Assembly: GCA_026770705.1 (NCBI GenBank)
Contig: JANJGN010000007.1
Coordinates: 109,802,001 to 109,866,000, forward strand
Direction of reading: 5' to 3'
Source: Isurus oxyrinchus
Taxonomy: Eukaryota
DNA length: 64,000 nucleotides
Both the position numbers and the translations under genes were made by a program. The notes below the pieces were generated by a model, which worked only from the letters and a program-made list of their open reading frames with translations, did no database searches and was not told the DNA's origin. Below, in pieces: positions 50,244 to 62,945 of the stretch (the stretch's first letter is position 1; the number at the start of each line of letters is the position of its first letter).

Positions 50244-50550
50244 TCGCGTCGATGACCTGGAGCTGTGACCCTGTTCCAGTGATGGCCATGACCAATTATT
50301 TTTCGAGCTATTCATTGTAAACCCCTGCGGCATAACAGATTTCAGATCGGTGCAAAGCGCTGGGCAATTGTTGGATTCAATAAGGGAGGACAGTTGAAGT
50401 GGACAACTATCGTTCGCTAATCAAGAAGTTACCACACGTTCGCTCCTTCAGTACAGGCAGGAGCAAATAGGGGTACTGTCTGTTCTATTTCATTATCCTG
50501 TACATCACAACAAGAATGAGTTAGCATTCGTTGTTACCAAATGACAGCAA
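50244..50550 (-). pseudogene. Decayed V(J)-type exon, copy 2
   Basis: ANVW*LLD..AAGVYNE*LEK*LVMAITGTGSQLQVIDA, then a phase-1 donor A|gtgaat. Confidence 0.6.
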
Positions 50551-50754
50551 CAAACGCAGTTTAATTGCATGGCTAACCGCCGTGTGCCTCTAAGTAGTTC
50601 AGATCTTAGCTCACTTACATTTATGTTTGTTAAAGACCGGTCACCTTTCCTAACCTTTCTGAAGACTGAACTGAGGAGAAATTGACAGAATGGCTCACAT
50701 TTTACTGATTACAACGCGAAAGGAGATTCGAGTGAAAGTAAATGCCTTGCGGTA

Positions 50755-51572
50755 AAGGCAAAATACTGCGGTTGTTGGAAATCTGAAGCAAAAATAAGAA
50801 GTGCTGGAAAAACTCAGCAGGTCTGACAGCTACTGTGGAGAGGAAGATAAAGTTAACGTTTTGAGTCCTTATGATTCTCCTTCAGAGCTAAATTGAAGTA
50901 GAAATGTGGTGAAATGTACACTGTTTAAGGGATGCCGAACGGGTGAAGCTGGATAGAAGGCCAGGGATAGGTGGAGGCAAAGGAGAAATTGCAAAAGAAA
51001 GGCCAAAAGATTGTTAATAGTGATGGTACTGGCTAAACGAGGTGTTAATGGTGACTTTAAGAGTGGAAAGCAGAATGTGATAATAGCACGGCCAGGGTAA
51101 GCATTCTTGAAAGTGACACTTGGCCTGCGTGTGGGGGGCGGGGGGAGGGGACGGTGGTGGGGAAAACGGTCGAAAAGGTAAAAGCTGGAGATGAAACAAT
51201 GAAGAAAAATTGAAATATATTTTTAAAATTATAACATTGAAAATAAGTGGGGAAAAATATATGCATAAATAAACATTAAAAATTAGAAAATAATAATTAA
51301 TATAGAGAAAAGGGGGAGATCAAAAAGGGGTGGGCATAGAGGAGACAGTTCATTGTCTGAAGTTATTGAACTCAATTTTTAGGTCCGGAAGGCTGTAAAA
51401 TGCCTAATCAGCAGATTAGGTGCTGTTCCCCGTGTTTGCGCTGAGCTTCACTGGAACATTGCAGCAGGCCAAGGACGGACATGTGGGCATGAGAGCAGGA
51501 TGGTGTGTTGAAATGGCAAGCGACAGGAAAGCCTGGGCCATGCTTGCGGATAGATCGTTCTTGCTCTTTTCT
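50755..51572 (-). mobile_element. Penelope-like 3' part with 17-bp TSD
   Basis: PVACHFNTPSCSHAHMSVLGLLQC; gtaaatgccttgcggta (50738-50754) versus gtaaatgctttgaggta (51573-51589). Confidence 0.85.
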
Positions 51573-52669
51573 GTAAATGCTTTGAGGTATGTTTACAATT
51601 TTGAAGATGTCAGGGCAAATGAGGAGGCTGTTAAAAACAGGCAGGTTACTTGACTTTATTAATAGAGACACAGGGTACAGTCAGAAAATTATTCTAAACC
51701 TTTGTAAGGCACCAGATCAGCCTCAGCTGAAGTGATTTATTCAAATCTGATGGATGTCAGGGACTTGGACAGGGTGCAGAAAAGATTTGCTGGTGATTCA
51801 CCATATTTAATGGCCTTGGGTTATGTGGAGGGACTGGAGAAGCGACAATTGTTCTCCTTAGAATTGTAAAGGTTAAGAAGAGGCTTGATAGCAATTTTCA
51901 TAGTTAGGAACAGTCTGATTAAGTAAATAAGAAGAAACTGTTCCCTGTAACACAAGAGTCGGTTAGCAGAAGATAGAGATGTAAGGTGATTGTAAAAGAA
52001 ACCGAGGCTTCTAACATTTGGCTGGAAGTTAGTTGCGGTCTAGCCCTGTCCTGTTGCTACCATCAGTTCATACAGCTTAAATGGACGGCAGTGAGGATAG
52101 GGTTCCCGACTGATTTTTGTCCCTGATTTAGATTAGCTAACTTGGCACACAGTGAATTTGAAAACAGGAACCTGCAACAGGCTGAATGCCTTGAATAACC
52201 AGTCTTACTTTCATTTATATCACTTTTCTCTTTGCAACCAGCTCGGCGAGGTTCGTTTTAGTTACTCCAACTGCAGGTATCACCCAACATGTCATGAAAA
52301 TTCCTTCCGAATAACTTATATTCCACTCAAAACTTTAAATCGGTTTCCCTCTCCACAGATACTGCTTGACATGCTGAGTTTTCTAGCACTTTCTGCCTTT
52401 ATTTCAGATCTCCAGGATCCGCAGTATTTTGCTTTTAGTAATTCACGCGAATATTCCTTATGGAATTTCAGGAGTACAGGATTAGGCCCTTCTTCAACCT
52501 TTGCATTCCATGTGCTGCAGGTACACCCACGGGCAGTTATAGGGGACGGAGGTGGGGATTTGACCCTGGGACAGTGACGGAATGGCAATATGGTACCAGG
52601 TCAGGATGGTGTGTGACTTAGAAAGGAACATGCCAGTCTGGTATTCCCATGCATCCGCTCTCCTAGATT

Positions 52670-53385
52670 GGCACACATCATTGAAGGTGGCAGTGTATTT
52701 AGTTAATAAAGCATATCGAATCCTGGGCTTTATAAGTAGAAGCCTAAAGTGAAAAAGCTAAGAAGTTCTGAGAAACTTGCATTAAACATGAGTTCAGCCT
52801 CAGCTGGAGTTTTGCATCCAGTTCTGAGCACGAACCTTCGGAAGGATGTGAAAGTATTAGAGAGAGTCCAGGAAAGATTCACAATAAAGGGTCCAGGGAT
52901 GAGCAATTTTAGTTACGTGGAAAGATTGAAGGAGTTGGTGTGGTTCTCCTTGGAGAAGAGACTTAAGAGGAGATTTGATACAGCCATTCACAATAATGAG
53001 CAGCGTAGGCCCGGGGGCGGGTGGGGGCTGGCGGGGGGGAGGGGCGGGGGGGGGGGGGCTAGGGGTGGAGATTTTATTGCCCTTGGCAGAAGTATCACGA
53101 GCCAGCGTCAGAAATTTAAGGAGATTGGCAAAACAAGCAACAGTGGCACGAGGAAAATTGGTTTACACAGCGAGTGGTTAGTATCTAGAATGCACTGCCT
53201 GGGAGTGTGGGGGAGGCAAATTCAATTGTGGCATTGAAAAGAGAATTGGATTGTTACTTAAACAGAAAAGATTTGCAGGGCCATGGAGAAAAGGGGGGTG
53301 AGGAGACCAGGTAAATTGTTCTTACAGAGAGCTGGCAGACTCTTGATGGACCAAATCGTCTCTTTCTATGCTTGAACCATTGTAT
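52670..53385 (+). mobile_element. CR1 3' fragment with inserted G-run
   Basis: LRKDVKVLERVQERFT..FSYVERLKEL. Confidence 0.8.
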
Positions 53386-54003
53386 AATGCCAGGTGTCGG
53401 GTTAGGAATAGATGGTATTATCCAAGGAGCCTTCGTGAGTTCCTGCAGTGTGTCGTGCAGACGTTGTTACCACTGTGGGTCAATGGTGCAATGCATTCCT
53501 ACAACGCAAAGTTGTATTTTCTATAAGCAGGTGAACTACGATTCGGTAACCAACGAACGCAGATTTACGAAAATTGACAGAAGAGCAGGTGAAGGGAGGA
53601 AAATTGATTCACAAGGTAAGTTCTCTAGTGAGGAATTTCCTACCTGGAAGCAGCAATAGTAATTTTCAGGGGGGAATTGGATCGGTACTTCAAAATAAAA
53701 TGCAGGGCTTTGGAGAAAGAGTAGGACAGTGAGGTTAATTGCATTGTTCTTTCAAAGAACCAATACAGACACGATGGGTCGCATGCTCAATGACTCAGTA
53801 CATATATCACTTTTCTTTCTCTTTTTAAGAGTCCATGTAATTTTTAGTTCATGTTAAATAATGCTTGAAGGGCAAGAAATTAAAAACGCTCCGATAAAAC
53901 ACCACTTTAAAGACCTGTCCTAAAATTGTGTTTTAATTTACAGGCTACAGAAATAAAATCTCAATTAACATTTCAAAATCAAAATCATTTTCCTTTCTTC
54001 CAA

Positions 54004-54289
54004 TTTTGCCCATTCATCTCACTGAGTCTAAATTCTGTACAGTCACTCCAGCAACTCCTCTGTGCAAATCAGTTATTTCACCGTAAAGATCACAATGCGA
54101 CTCGAGTTTAGGAACAACGCGAAAATTGGAAACGGAACCAATACTCCGAAGCAACGTACCAGGGTGGGAATGTATGATCCTTCCAGCACTTTAAAGTGTA
54201 CGACATCAACCAGCAATGGAGCTGCAAACAGCTGCCAAATGTCTCGCCTTTCTCTTCAGACTCCAATAATGTCAATTAGAAATGTGAAT
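54004..54289 (+). pseudogene. Subfamily B C1 pseudo-exon, copy 3
   Basis: LLC..VGMYDPSSTLK..ANSCQMSRLSLQTP; same ccaa acceptor lesion. Confidence 0.75.
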
Positions 54290-54601
54290 GTAAGGTCATT
54301 TTTACTTTCAAAAACTTTTGCTCGTTTGTCGTTTCTCTTAATACGAGGACGTTTTGAATACCTTAGCATTTGACGCTGTTGCATTCCTTTGTTACATATT
54401 GGATTTAATGGTTCGATTGCATTTTTTTTTTCGTTTGTTGGTATTTATTTGAATATTTTTAAAACATGCCTGTATTTGTATTAAGTGGCCATTAAACGAT
54501 TTGTTCTGATCCCGAGTATCAGTGGGTTTTTTTTTGCCGGTGCTGGTTTTATTGATTTTAACGCCTGTCGGCCTTACATCTCTGCTACTCTTTGTTTGCA
54601 G

Positions 54602-54715
54602 GCCCGGCAAACGTCGTTGTCCTCTACTTGACGGTCGGCATTTAGTGGGTATACTGGTAATAATGGCTCTGATTGGCTTCGTTGGGAATTATCTAAAGCT
54701 GAGATACTGCCAAAG
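54602..54715 (+). pseudogene. Subfamily B TM pseudo-exon, copy 3
   Basis: GPANVVVLYLTVG/LVGILVIMALIGFVGNYLKLRYCQ|gtgaaa. Confidence 0.75.
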
Positions 54716-55307
54716 GTGAAATACGCCTTTATTACCAGAACGCAGCGTCACTTTGAAGATCAAACGTTTGCAATGAATCCGCAAACACAGTCGCGCTAAC
54801 CGATAGAGGATGAAAATGAATGCATCACATTTCACACATTGAAAGCAATGAGATATTATCACGGAAAATAGCTGATGCACAGTTCCGATTATTATTACTC
54901 CAGTCCAGCAGCATCTCGCGATAGACAACCACGTCATCTGCTCACTCTGGAGCAGCAACGTTGCGAAGATATTTGAGGAGTTACCATGTTGTGGCGAAAT
55001 GGTGGAAGTGGTTTGAAAGAAGCCATGTAGGATTTCACTAGAAAGAGCAGCCAGACGAAATTTTTATCAGTTATTACACGAGAGCAAAATGCCAACCGCC
55101 TCGATAACAGGCTAATGATTTGTTTCTTTTAAAAAGAATAATCTATATCAACATCCGACACTGTCACCAGAAGTGCCTGAGCCCTTTGCAATCAACATTT
55201 GAAGCATGGTCTTGTTCGATTAGGAAACGTCACTGCAAATTTGCACACAGCAAATCCACAAATTAGCAACATGATTATGATCAGATAGCCCGTCATTTTT
55301 ACGTGGT

Positions 55308-56303
55308 AAAAACAAAAAAAACTGCGGTTGCTGGAAATCCAAAACAAAAACAGAATTACCTGGAAAAACTCAGCAGGTCTGGCAGCATCGGCGGAGAAGA
55401 AAAGAGTTGACGTTTCGAGTCCTCATGACCCTTCGACAGAACTTGATTTCGAGTCCAAGAAAGAGTTGAAATATAAGCTGGTTTAAGGTGTGTGTGTGGG
55501 GGGCGGAGAGATAGAGAGAGAGAGAGGTGGTTGTGTAGACAAACAAGCAGTGATAGAAGCAGATCATCAAAAGATTTCAGCGACAATGGTACAAAAGAAC
55601 ACATAGGTGTTAAAGTTAAAGTTGGTGATATTATCTAAACGAATGTGCTAATTAAGAATGGATGGTAGGGCACTCAAGGTACAGCTCTAGTGGGGGTGGG
55701 GGGAGCATAAAAGATGTTAAAATATTTAAAAATAATGGAAATAGGTGGGAAAAGAAAAATCTATATAATTTATAGGGGGAAAAAAAGGAAAAAGGGCGAA
55801 ACAGAAAGGGGGTGGGGATGCGGGAGGGAGCTCACGACCTAAAGTTGTTGAATTCAATATTCAGACCGGAAGGCTGTAAGGTGCCTAGTCGGAAGATGAG
55901 GTGTTGTTCCTCCAGTTTGCATTGGGCTTCACTGGAACAATGCAGCAAGCCAAGGACAGACATGTGGGCAAGAGAGCAGGGTGGAGTGTTAAAATGGCAA
56001 GCGACAGGGAGGTTTGGGTCATTCTTGCGGACAGACCGCAGGTGTTCTGCAAAGCGGTCGCCCAGTTTACGTTTGGTCTCTCCAATGTAGAGGAGACCAC
56101 ATTGGGAGCAACGAATGCAGTAGACAAAGTTGGGGGAAATGCAAGTGAAATGCTGCTTCACTTGAAAGGAGTGTTTGGGCCCTTGGACGGTGAGGAGAGA
56201 GGAAGTGAAGGGGCAGGTGTTACATCTTTTGCGTGGGCATGGGGTGGTGCCATAGGAGGGGGTTGAGGAGTAGGGGGTGATGGAGGAGTGGACCAGGGTG
56301 TCC
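55308..56303 (-). mobile_element. Young 5'-truncated Penelope-like element with open GIY-YIG frame
   Basis: ORF 55832-56161 VYCIRCSQCGLLYIGETKRKLGDRFAEH..GLN; CGTGGT repeated at 55302-55307 and 56304-56309. Confidence 0.92.
55405..55443 (-). ncRNA. Minimal hammerhead-ribozyme-like motif in a Penelope terminus
   Basis: AGUU-CUGUCGA-A-GGGUC(augag)GACUC-GAAA-CGUC-AACU: stems I and II pair, palindromic ACGU stem III, core has U at conserved A6. Confidence 0.45.
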
Positions 56304-58889
56304 CGTGGTGTTGATTGAGTGATTGAACGATCAGGCCGTTGAAATTATGAAAGAGTTTGATATGGTTGTCCAGAGAAAATGTGTCCACTCGTGATGGAAT
56401 CCAGAACTAGAGGGCAGAAATAGATAGGCATAACTGAATCCAATAGTTGATTCGTTAGAGGTTTCAATACCCAAGTAAGTGGTCAGAATGTGAAGTACAT
56501 GAAGGGAAGGGGTAACTGAGGAGAATAGCCTAGACACATTTAAAGGCGACGTTTGATATACATATGAGACAGAATGAAATATGCAGATAGGGACAGAAGA
56601 ATAGGAGGGAGGAGCACAAATGTTAGCATCTATCAGCTGGGCCTGTTTTTGTGCTGTAGGCTTTATGTATTTGTATGCAATGCAGATCAAAACATGTTGG
56701 AAACACTTGATGAGACAGATAAATTACCGGTTCAGTCATAACCCTTCATCAGAACTGGAAAACTGAAGAGGAAATCACAAATGACATCTTATAATTATAT
56801 AATGCCTTAAAAATAGAAAGACGTGCTAAAGTGTTTCCCAAAGACCTAAGCAAAAAGAAAAATGCACCCAGTCAAATAAATCGTATTAGAAGGGAGAAAG
56901 TAAACGTTTGATCGAAGAGATGGTTTTAAAGAACAATATTAATGGAAGAGAAAGAATGCACAAGTGGTGTCGTTCAGAGAGAGAATGGGGTCTAGAAAAT
57001 GGCGGTAAAAGGATGATAATGTAGCAATAGGAGAATGCAGATCTGGGGGAGGGATAGGGTGAACCGGTTACTGCGATAGGGAAGGCCAAGGCCAAAAAGC
57101 ATGAGAATTTTAGATCTAAGGCACTAGGGGTTGAGAAACAATTGTAAATCGACCAGGATAAGAATGATGGGTGAGCAGGGCTAGGTGACGAATGTGATAC
57201 TGGAACAAAAATTTTGAATAAACTGAAGTTTATGCAAATTGTACGTCAGCGGGGCTGGAAACAGACACCTAAGATTGCTAAAATGTAATTGAAGAGACCT
57301 TGACTATCGGTGGTGGTGTAAATGATTCGGCAGTCTGATTTACATCTCTCCAGATGTTATGTTTCCATTAACTTGCGTTGATCAATATCGGAATTTAACT
57401 AGCCAAGAATAACTGTTTCTATTACACACGATTGAGATGGGGTGCAGATGGATAATGTCACAGATGCAGAAGTAGACAGTCTTTGCTATGAAGTGGGTGT
57501 GGGGTCGCCGTTACAGAGAATTTCATTTGTGAATTTGCTTAGCGCCACTGTGGTGGGGCAGAAATCTGAATAACCAATGAGACGGGCATGGAACAAACGG
57601 AAGAGTGGTGGAAAAATAAACATGTTGTTTGATCGAGGAAAGAGAATGATCCCCTGCTTGCCATTAAATATTTCACCATTTCCCTGTCTATGTGGGTGCG
57701 TGCTTTCACATGCCGATTGGTGTATTTGTGTATATAAGCGTGAGTGCGAGTGTGTTTGTGTGTGTGCGTGTGTTCCTATATTACAACAATGCCTACAGTT
57801 CATTGGCTGTAAAGCGCTTTGCGACAACCTGACGTCATGAAAGGTGTTAACGAAAATACGAGTCTTTCTATTTATGAGTATTGCTGGAAAAAGAGACAGC
57901 CGCCGAAGCTTTTCATCTTTCACTCACCAGGATAGATTCGCAGGAATAACAAATGTCAAAGCCTTTCTGTGTGAGTTCGACTTTTCTTTCCATTTCTTCT
58001 CCTTTGTAATTGTTTCCTATTTGTAATTTGTTCAATTCTGATGAAGGCCACAGAGGCATGCATTTCAGATTTCTGTTTATAATGCGCCGCGATTGTTGCT
58101 GCCCACGGATAAACTTTGGCAACTCGTCTATAAAGACAGGTCTCTTCTTACAGCTGATTTCTTCATTTAGCTAATCAATTACCACAAAATGCACTCGGGG
58201 CTCGAGGGATATTGCAAAAACTGCACAGCGATTCTGCTAATGATAAAATGGAAACACTTGTGGTTAGAGGGTGCGTACATCTCAAGTTGCACAATACTTG
58301 AGCTGAAAAGAAGTATAATTTGAGAAATAACAAAAATACACCAATGGGCTTGTGAACGCATACACCCACATATAAGCATTTCTCAACCAAACAATTGTAA
58401 ATATGTCCTGCGATTCCCCTGCGTGCTGATTCTGAAACTTGAAATGCGAAGCAATCATCTCGAAATCAGCTAAATGTCAATGTTGAAATATATTTAATTA
58501 TAGAGATGTGTAACTGTTTTTCTGAGAACGTTCTAGAAATAGCTCTCAGCATACCACCCTCTCGGTTATTATCAGCTGCAACAGAAAATAACGTTATTAT
58601 TCAGCCAGTTTTCATTATGCGTAATGTCATCCAATACATTGCATTTGAGCGGAGAGATGCCTTAACTGTAGAAAGGAAAAGAATTAACGAAAGGAAAAGA
58701 AAAATGACTTGAATTTACGTTGTGCATCTTCTGAACGCTTGAGATCCCAGAGCACGTTAAAGTCAATTAAAACCTTTTGACATCTTGTTTGTGCTGTAAC
58801 GTAGGAAACGTGGAAGCCATGTTGCCAACAGTAATGTTCCACAACATAAACATTACAATGAGCAGCTGATTGGTATTAGTGAAGTTGGT

Positions 58890-60057
58890 TGAGGGATGAA
58901 TTCAGGAATGACAAGGACAACAGCAATCTGATGCTGGAGAAAAGTTATAGGTCATGGAATAAAGGGGGCAGTAGCAACGTGGTACATGATTGGCTGAGGG
59001 ATAGGAAACAGAGAGTAATGGTTAATGGGTATTTTTCGGGCTGGAAGAATGTTCCTAGTGAGTTCCCCAGTAGTCGGTATTGGGCCCTTGCTTTTCCTGA
59101 TATATACAAATGATCCAGATCTTGGTGTGCAGGGGACAATTTCAAAGTTTGCAGACGACACAAAACTTGGGAGAATTGTAAACTGTGAGGAGGACAGTGT
59201 AGAATTTCAAAAGGGCTTTGACACATTGGCGGAGTGGACATATAGGTGGCATATGAAGTTCAATGCAGAGCAGTGTGAGGTAATGCACTTTGGTGCCAAG
59301 AACATGGAGAGACAATACAAAATAAAGGATACTATTCAAAAGGCTGTTCAGGAGCAGAGATGCCTGGGTGTATGTGTACGTAAGTCATGGTAGGACAGGC
59401 AAGGAGACCTATTTCTAAAGCATACAGTATTCCAGGCTTCATTAATCGGAGCATTGAGTACAGGAACTAGGAGGTTATGATGAATTTATATAAGACATTG
59501 GTTAGACTTCAGCTGGAGTATTGTGTACAGTTCTGGGCGTTACATTATAGCAAGGATGTGAACGCATTGGAGAGAGTAAAGATGAGGTTTACGAGAATGG
59601 TTCCAGGGATGAGACACTTCAGTTATGAGGAAAGATTGGAGAATTTGGGACTGTTTTCCTTGGAGAGAAAGCTAAGAGGAGACTTAATAGAAGTTTTCAA
59701 AATCTTGAGGGTTCTGGGCAGAGTAGATTGGGAGAAACTGTTCCCATTTATAAACAGATTGAGAACAAGGGGGCACAGTTTGAAAGTGTTTTGCAACAGA
59801 AGCAAATTCGAGGTGAGGAAAAACCTTTTCACACAGAGAGTGGTTCGGGTCTGGAATGCACTGCCTGGAAGTGTGGTGGAGGCAGCTTCCACTGAGGCAT
59901 TCAAGAGGGCATTGGAGGTTTATCTAAATAGAAACAATGTGCAGAGTTTCAGGGAAAAGACAGGAGATTGGCATTAAGTTAAAACGCTCAGAGAGCAGGT
60001 GCAAACGCGATAGGCTGAATGGCCTCCTTCTACACCATAACACCGCTGTGATTCTGG
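58890..60057 (+). mobile_element. CR1 LINE RT and 3' end
   Basis: ISKFADDTKLG, LYKTLVRLQLEYCVQFW, FTQRVVRVWNALP. Confidence 0.92.
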
Positions 60058-60059
60058 AT

Positions 60060-60310
60060 CGTGCTATGAGGAACGTAACTGTCTTTTTGACTTACACAGT
60101 TACTTTCTGTAAAGGGAGACAAGCACGGACAATATCAATGTCCTCATGCACTATGGTTCACTGCCACAGCCGTGGAGACGGTGAATAAAGTGTGATGTCA
60201 GATGGCCTGGAACTCAAGGCCCAGAAGTGGAACTCCCATTCATTATTCTGGATTCCAGTGGAGTCCTAGTTCTGGATTTATATTGGGAAGTGGGAATAAC
60301 ATTCCGTGGG
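60060..60310 (+). pseudogene. Candidate decayed IgC 3' half plus TM relic
   Basis: Across frameshifts: LFDLHSY/SVKGDKHGQYQC/MHYGSLPQP..SHSLFWIPV/VLVL..VGITFR; the TM-like part is paralogous to about 2040-2145. Confidence 0.3.
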
Positions 60311-62643
60311 GAATCACTTTGCAATTCAAAATAACTTTGCACCAACCATGAAGCTGCGATTGACCCATCATTATAATATCTGCATAAAATATATCCAGTT
60401 CTCGAAATTCTGGGAATGCTTGGTAAACTCCAAATATACATCAAGTTTGTCGGCTTTTTAAATATGCCACACTGAAGAAAGAAAGAATGATCTACATTCA
60501 GATATAACATCACTTATCAACTCTCGCAAAGTGCCTCACATTGATTGCTATGGGAAAGGGGAAACCTAGAAATAAATGCGCACAGCATGATCCCATTCAC
60601 AGTAATTGAGTATGTCTTCTTCTTCAGTTCTCTGGTCAAAAACATGTCCAACCCATTGCACTGCAATCTACACCATGGTTAGGGCAAGGAGGCAAGTTCC
60701 GAATCCACCCCAGCCCGAACGAGAATCAAACCCTATGCTGTTGCTAGCAATGTGATCCATATTTATTGTCCAAGCAACTGAAACAACTGCCACCTTACCC
60801 ACCTCCCCAAAAAATGGCACATTTACAAGCATTTTGTAGTCCGGAGCCATGAAAAGTGATCGTAGAGGCTCCATTTCTTTTCCATGACATGACTGACCAT
60901 AAATCTCGCCACCTCCTACAATTGGTGCATGTTACAAAGATTTACAGATCGATACTCAACCTGTTTGGCCAGGTTATAAATGCACTTTTCTTGGCTATCA
61001 AGTCTTGGTGGGAGATTTGAACCCAGCGCTTCCAGCTCCGAGCCATGGGCGCTACTACTGCACCACAAAGCCTCGATGAGCAGAAAATATACTGCACTTA
61101 GTCACAGCGAGGGCTTGGTAGAGGGGTGACCAGCAACGCAACGATTGGGAAGCAGCAAGGGTTCAGGAGGGAGAAGGATGAGTGGGAAGGAGTAGGAGGG
61201 TCGGGATAGGGAAGCGGAGAGCGGGAGGGTCAGGACAGAAAAGCGGGGAGCAAAGCAGAGGTTCGTTTAAAAAACCTGAGCATGTGCAGAAACTCCACAT
61301 TTATCCCACCCTTTGGATAAAGATATTTCTACCGAATTCCCTGGTAGATTTCTTGCTGACTGCTTTATTGATGGCCCCAAGTTATGCTCTTCTCCACAAG
61401 AGAAGCAATCTCTCTGTGTCTACTCCTTAAAGCCTTTCACAATTTTAAAGACCAGCACCAAGTCACGCCTCGGTCGTTTTCGAACAGACGAGACTCAGTC
61501 TGTTATTCCTTTCCTGATATACATCCCCACGTATTTCTACCTCCATATCTTTTTATTAACATGGCGACCAGAGCTGCGTTCAGTGCTCTAACCAAGATGC
61601 CAAACAAGTTGAGCATAACTTCTCTACTTTACAATACAATTAAAGCCAAGAGCTTGTTTTTTGGCAAAAGGCTGCACTGAGTTCAGGTGCCCAACCATTC
61701 GTAAACAGCGGGAGTGTAAAGGAATGGGCGATCGGTCTCCTGAGGGTTATTGCTGGCGACTCGAAAGAAACGGTGCTTGTACCGTTCGTGTTAATGCATG
61801 CCGAGTAACCTGGATGCTTACAGCCAATTCACGTTATCCGGGCACTGCTGGTTACCCACCTGTACCGAAACGCCGCTTCATTGCCGGTTTTGAGGATAGC
61901 GACAGTGGGACCAGCTAATATCAACTGGAAATTTCGTGCATCCTGAGACAGCAACTGGGAGAGAGAAACATACCGTAGAAACGCCACAGAAGTAGCTTTT
62001 ATGTAAACATTACTCACCATTAAATCGTCTCTTCTTGTGAGTTTTTTTCATTCATTTATGAATTACGTTACTCGTCTCACCACAAAACAAAGAGACACCC
62101 ATTTTATTTTGGGCTTGGCCGTAATAAGCTCAACTAATGTAAACACTTTAACATTTGCAACTCGTCGCGTGTCATGTAACCAAATGTACGTTACAAGTTG
62201 TTGGGTTACAGACCAGGCATTATTCCACTGAATGGCAAAACCTGCTGGGAGAACCAAAGAGCCCGACACTTCTTCCTCTGACCTTAAGCATTACCTGGGA
62301 GATGACACATGGTGGGATCTTCAAGAATACATCAAAATAGATTTGCCAACCCTTCTGCGACTCGTGACTTTTACTACAGACACTCATTAATGTACTCATT
62401 GCTCATTAATGTACTTCCAATATTTGATATTTACTTTCATTCCCAACATTCATAATTCTACTTCCATTAATCCAAATCTTCTGTTGATTGTGATATTAGT
62501 GATCTCTGGTATACACTTAGCCCCTTCACTGTTTATTAACCCATTGCAAGTGCTTCTACTAGAAAATGTCATGCACCTTTTTCTTCACCCTCAGAATTTC
62601 AATAGCAATCACGAGCGGGATCACAAACAACTGTGACACTCAA

Positions 62644-62945
62644 TCAGGTCGGTGATCGGGAGCTGCGCCCCTGTTCCAGAGATGACCATCAACAATTCTT
62701 TTTCGAGTTATCCATTATAAAGTCCTGCGGGATAGTAGATTTGTATATAGGTGCAAAGCGCTGGCCAATTATTGGATCCAAGAAGGGATACAGTTGAGGT
62801 GGGCAACTATTCTTCGCTAATCAAGCAGCTACCAAAAATTGACTCATTCAGAACAGGCCAGAGCAAGTGGGAATACTATCTGTTCTATTTCATTATCCTA
62901 TACCTCACAACAAGAGTGAATTTGCATTGGCTGTTACCAAATGAT
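62644..62945 (-). pseudogene. Decayed V(J)-type exon, copy 3 (possible leader relic at about 63050-63096)
   Basis: DNEIEQIVFP..VNFW*..ASALHL..PAGLYNG*LEKELLMVISGTGAQLPI, collinear with the A1 V domain. Confidence 0.6.

Noticed and set aside
58506-58680. N-terminal half of a B7-like V domain (SAATENNVIIQPVF..YIAFERRD)
   Set aside because: Lacks both Cys and Trp and does not clearly align with the paralogous 1525-1630 segment.
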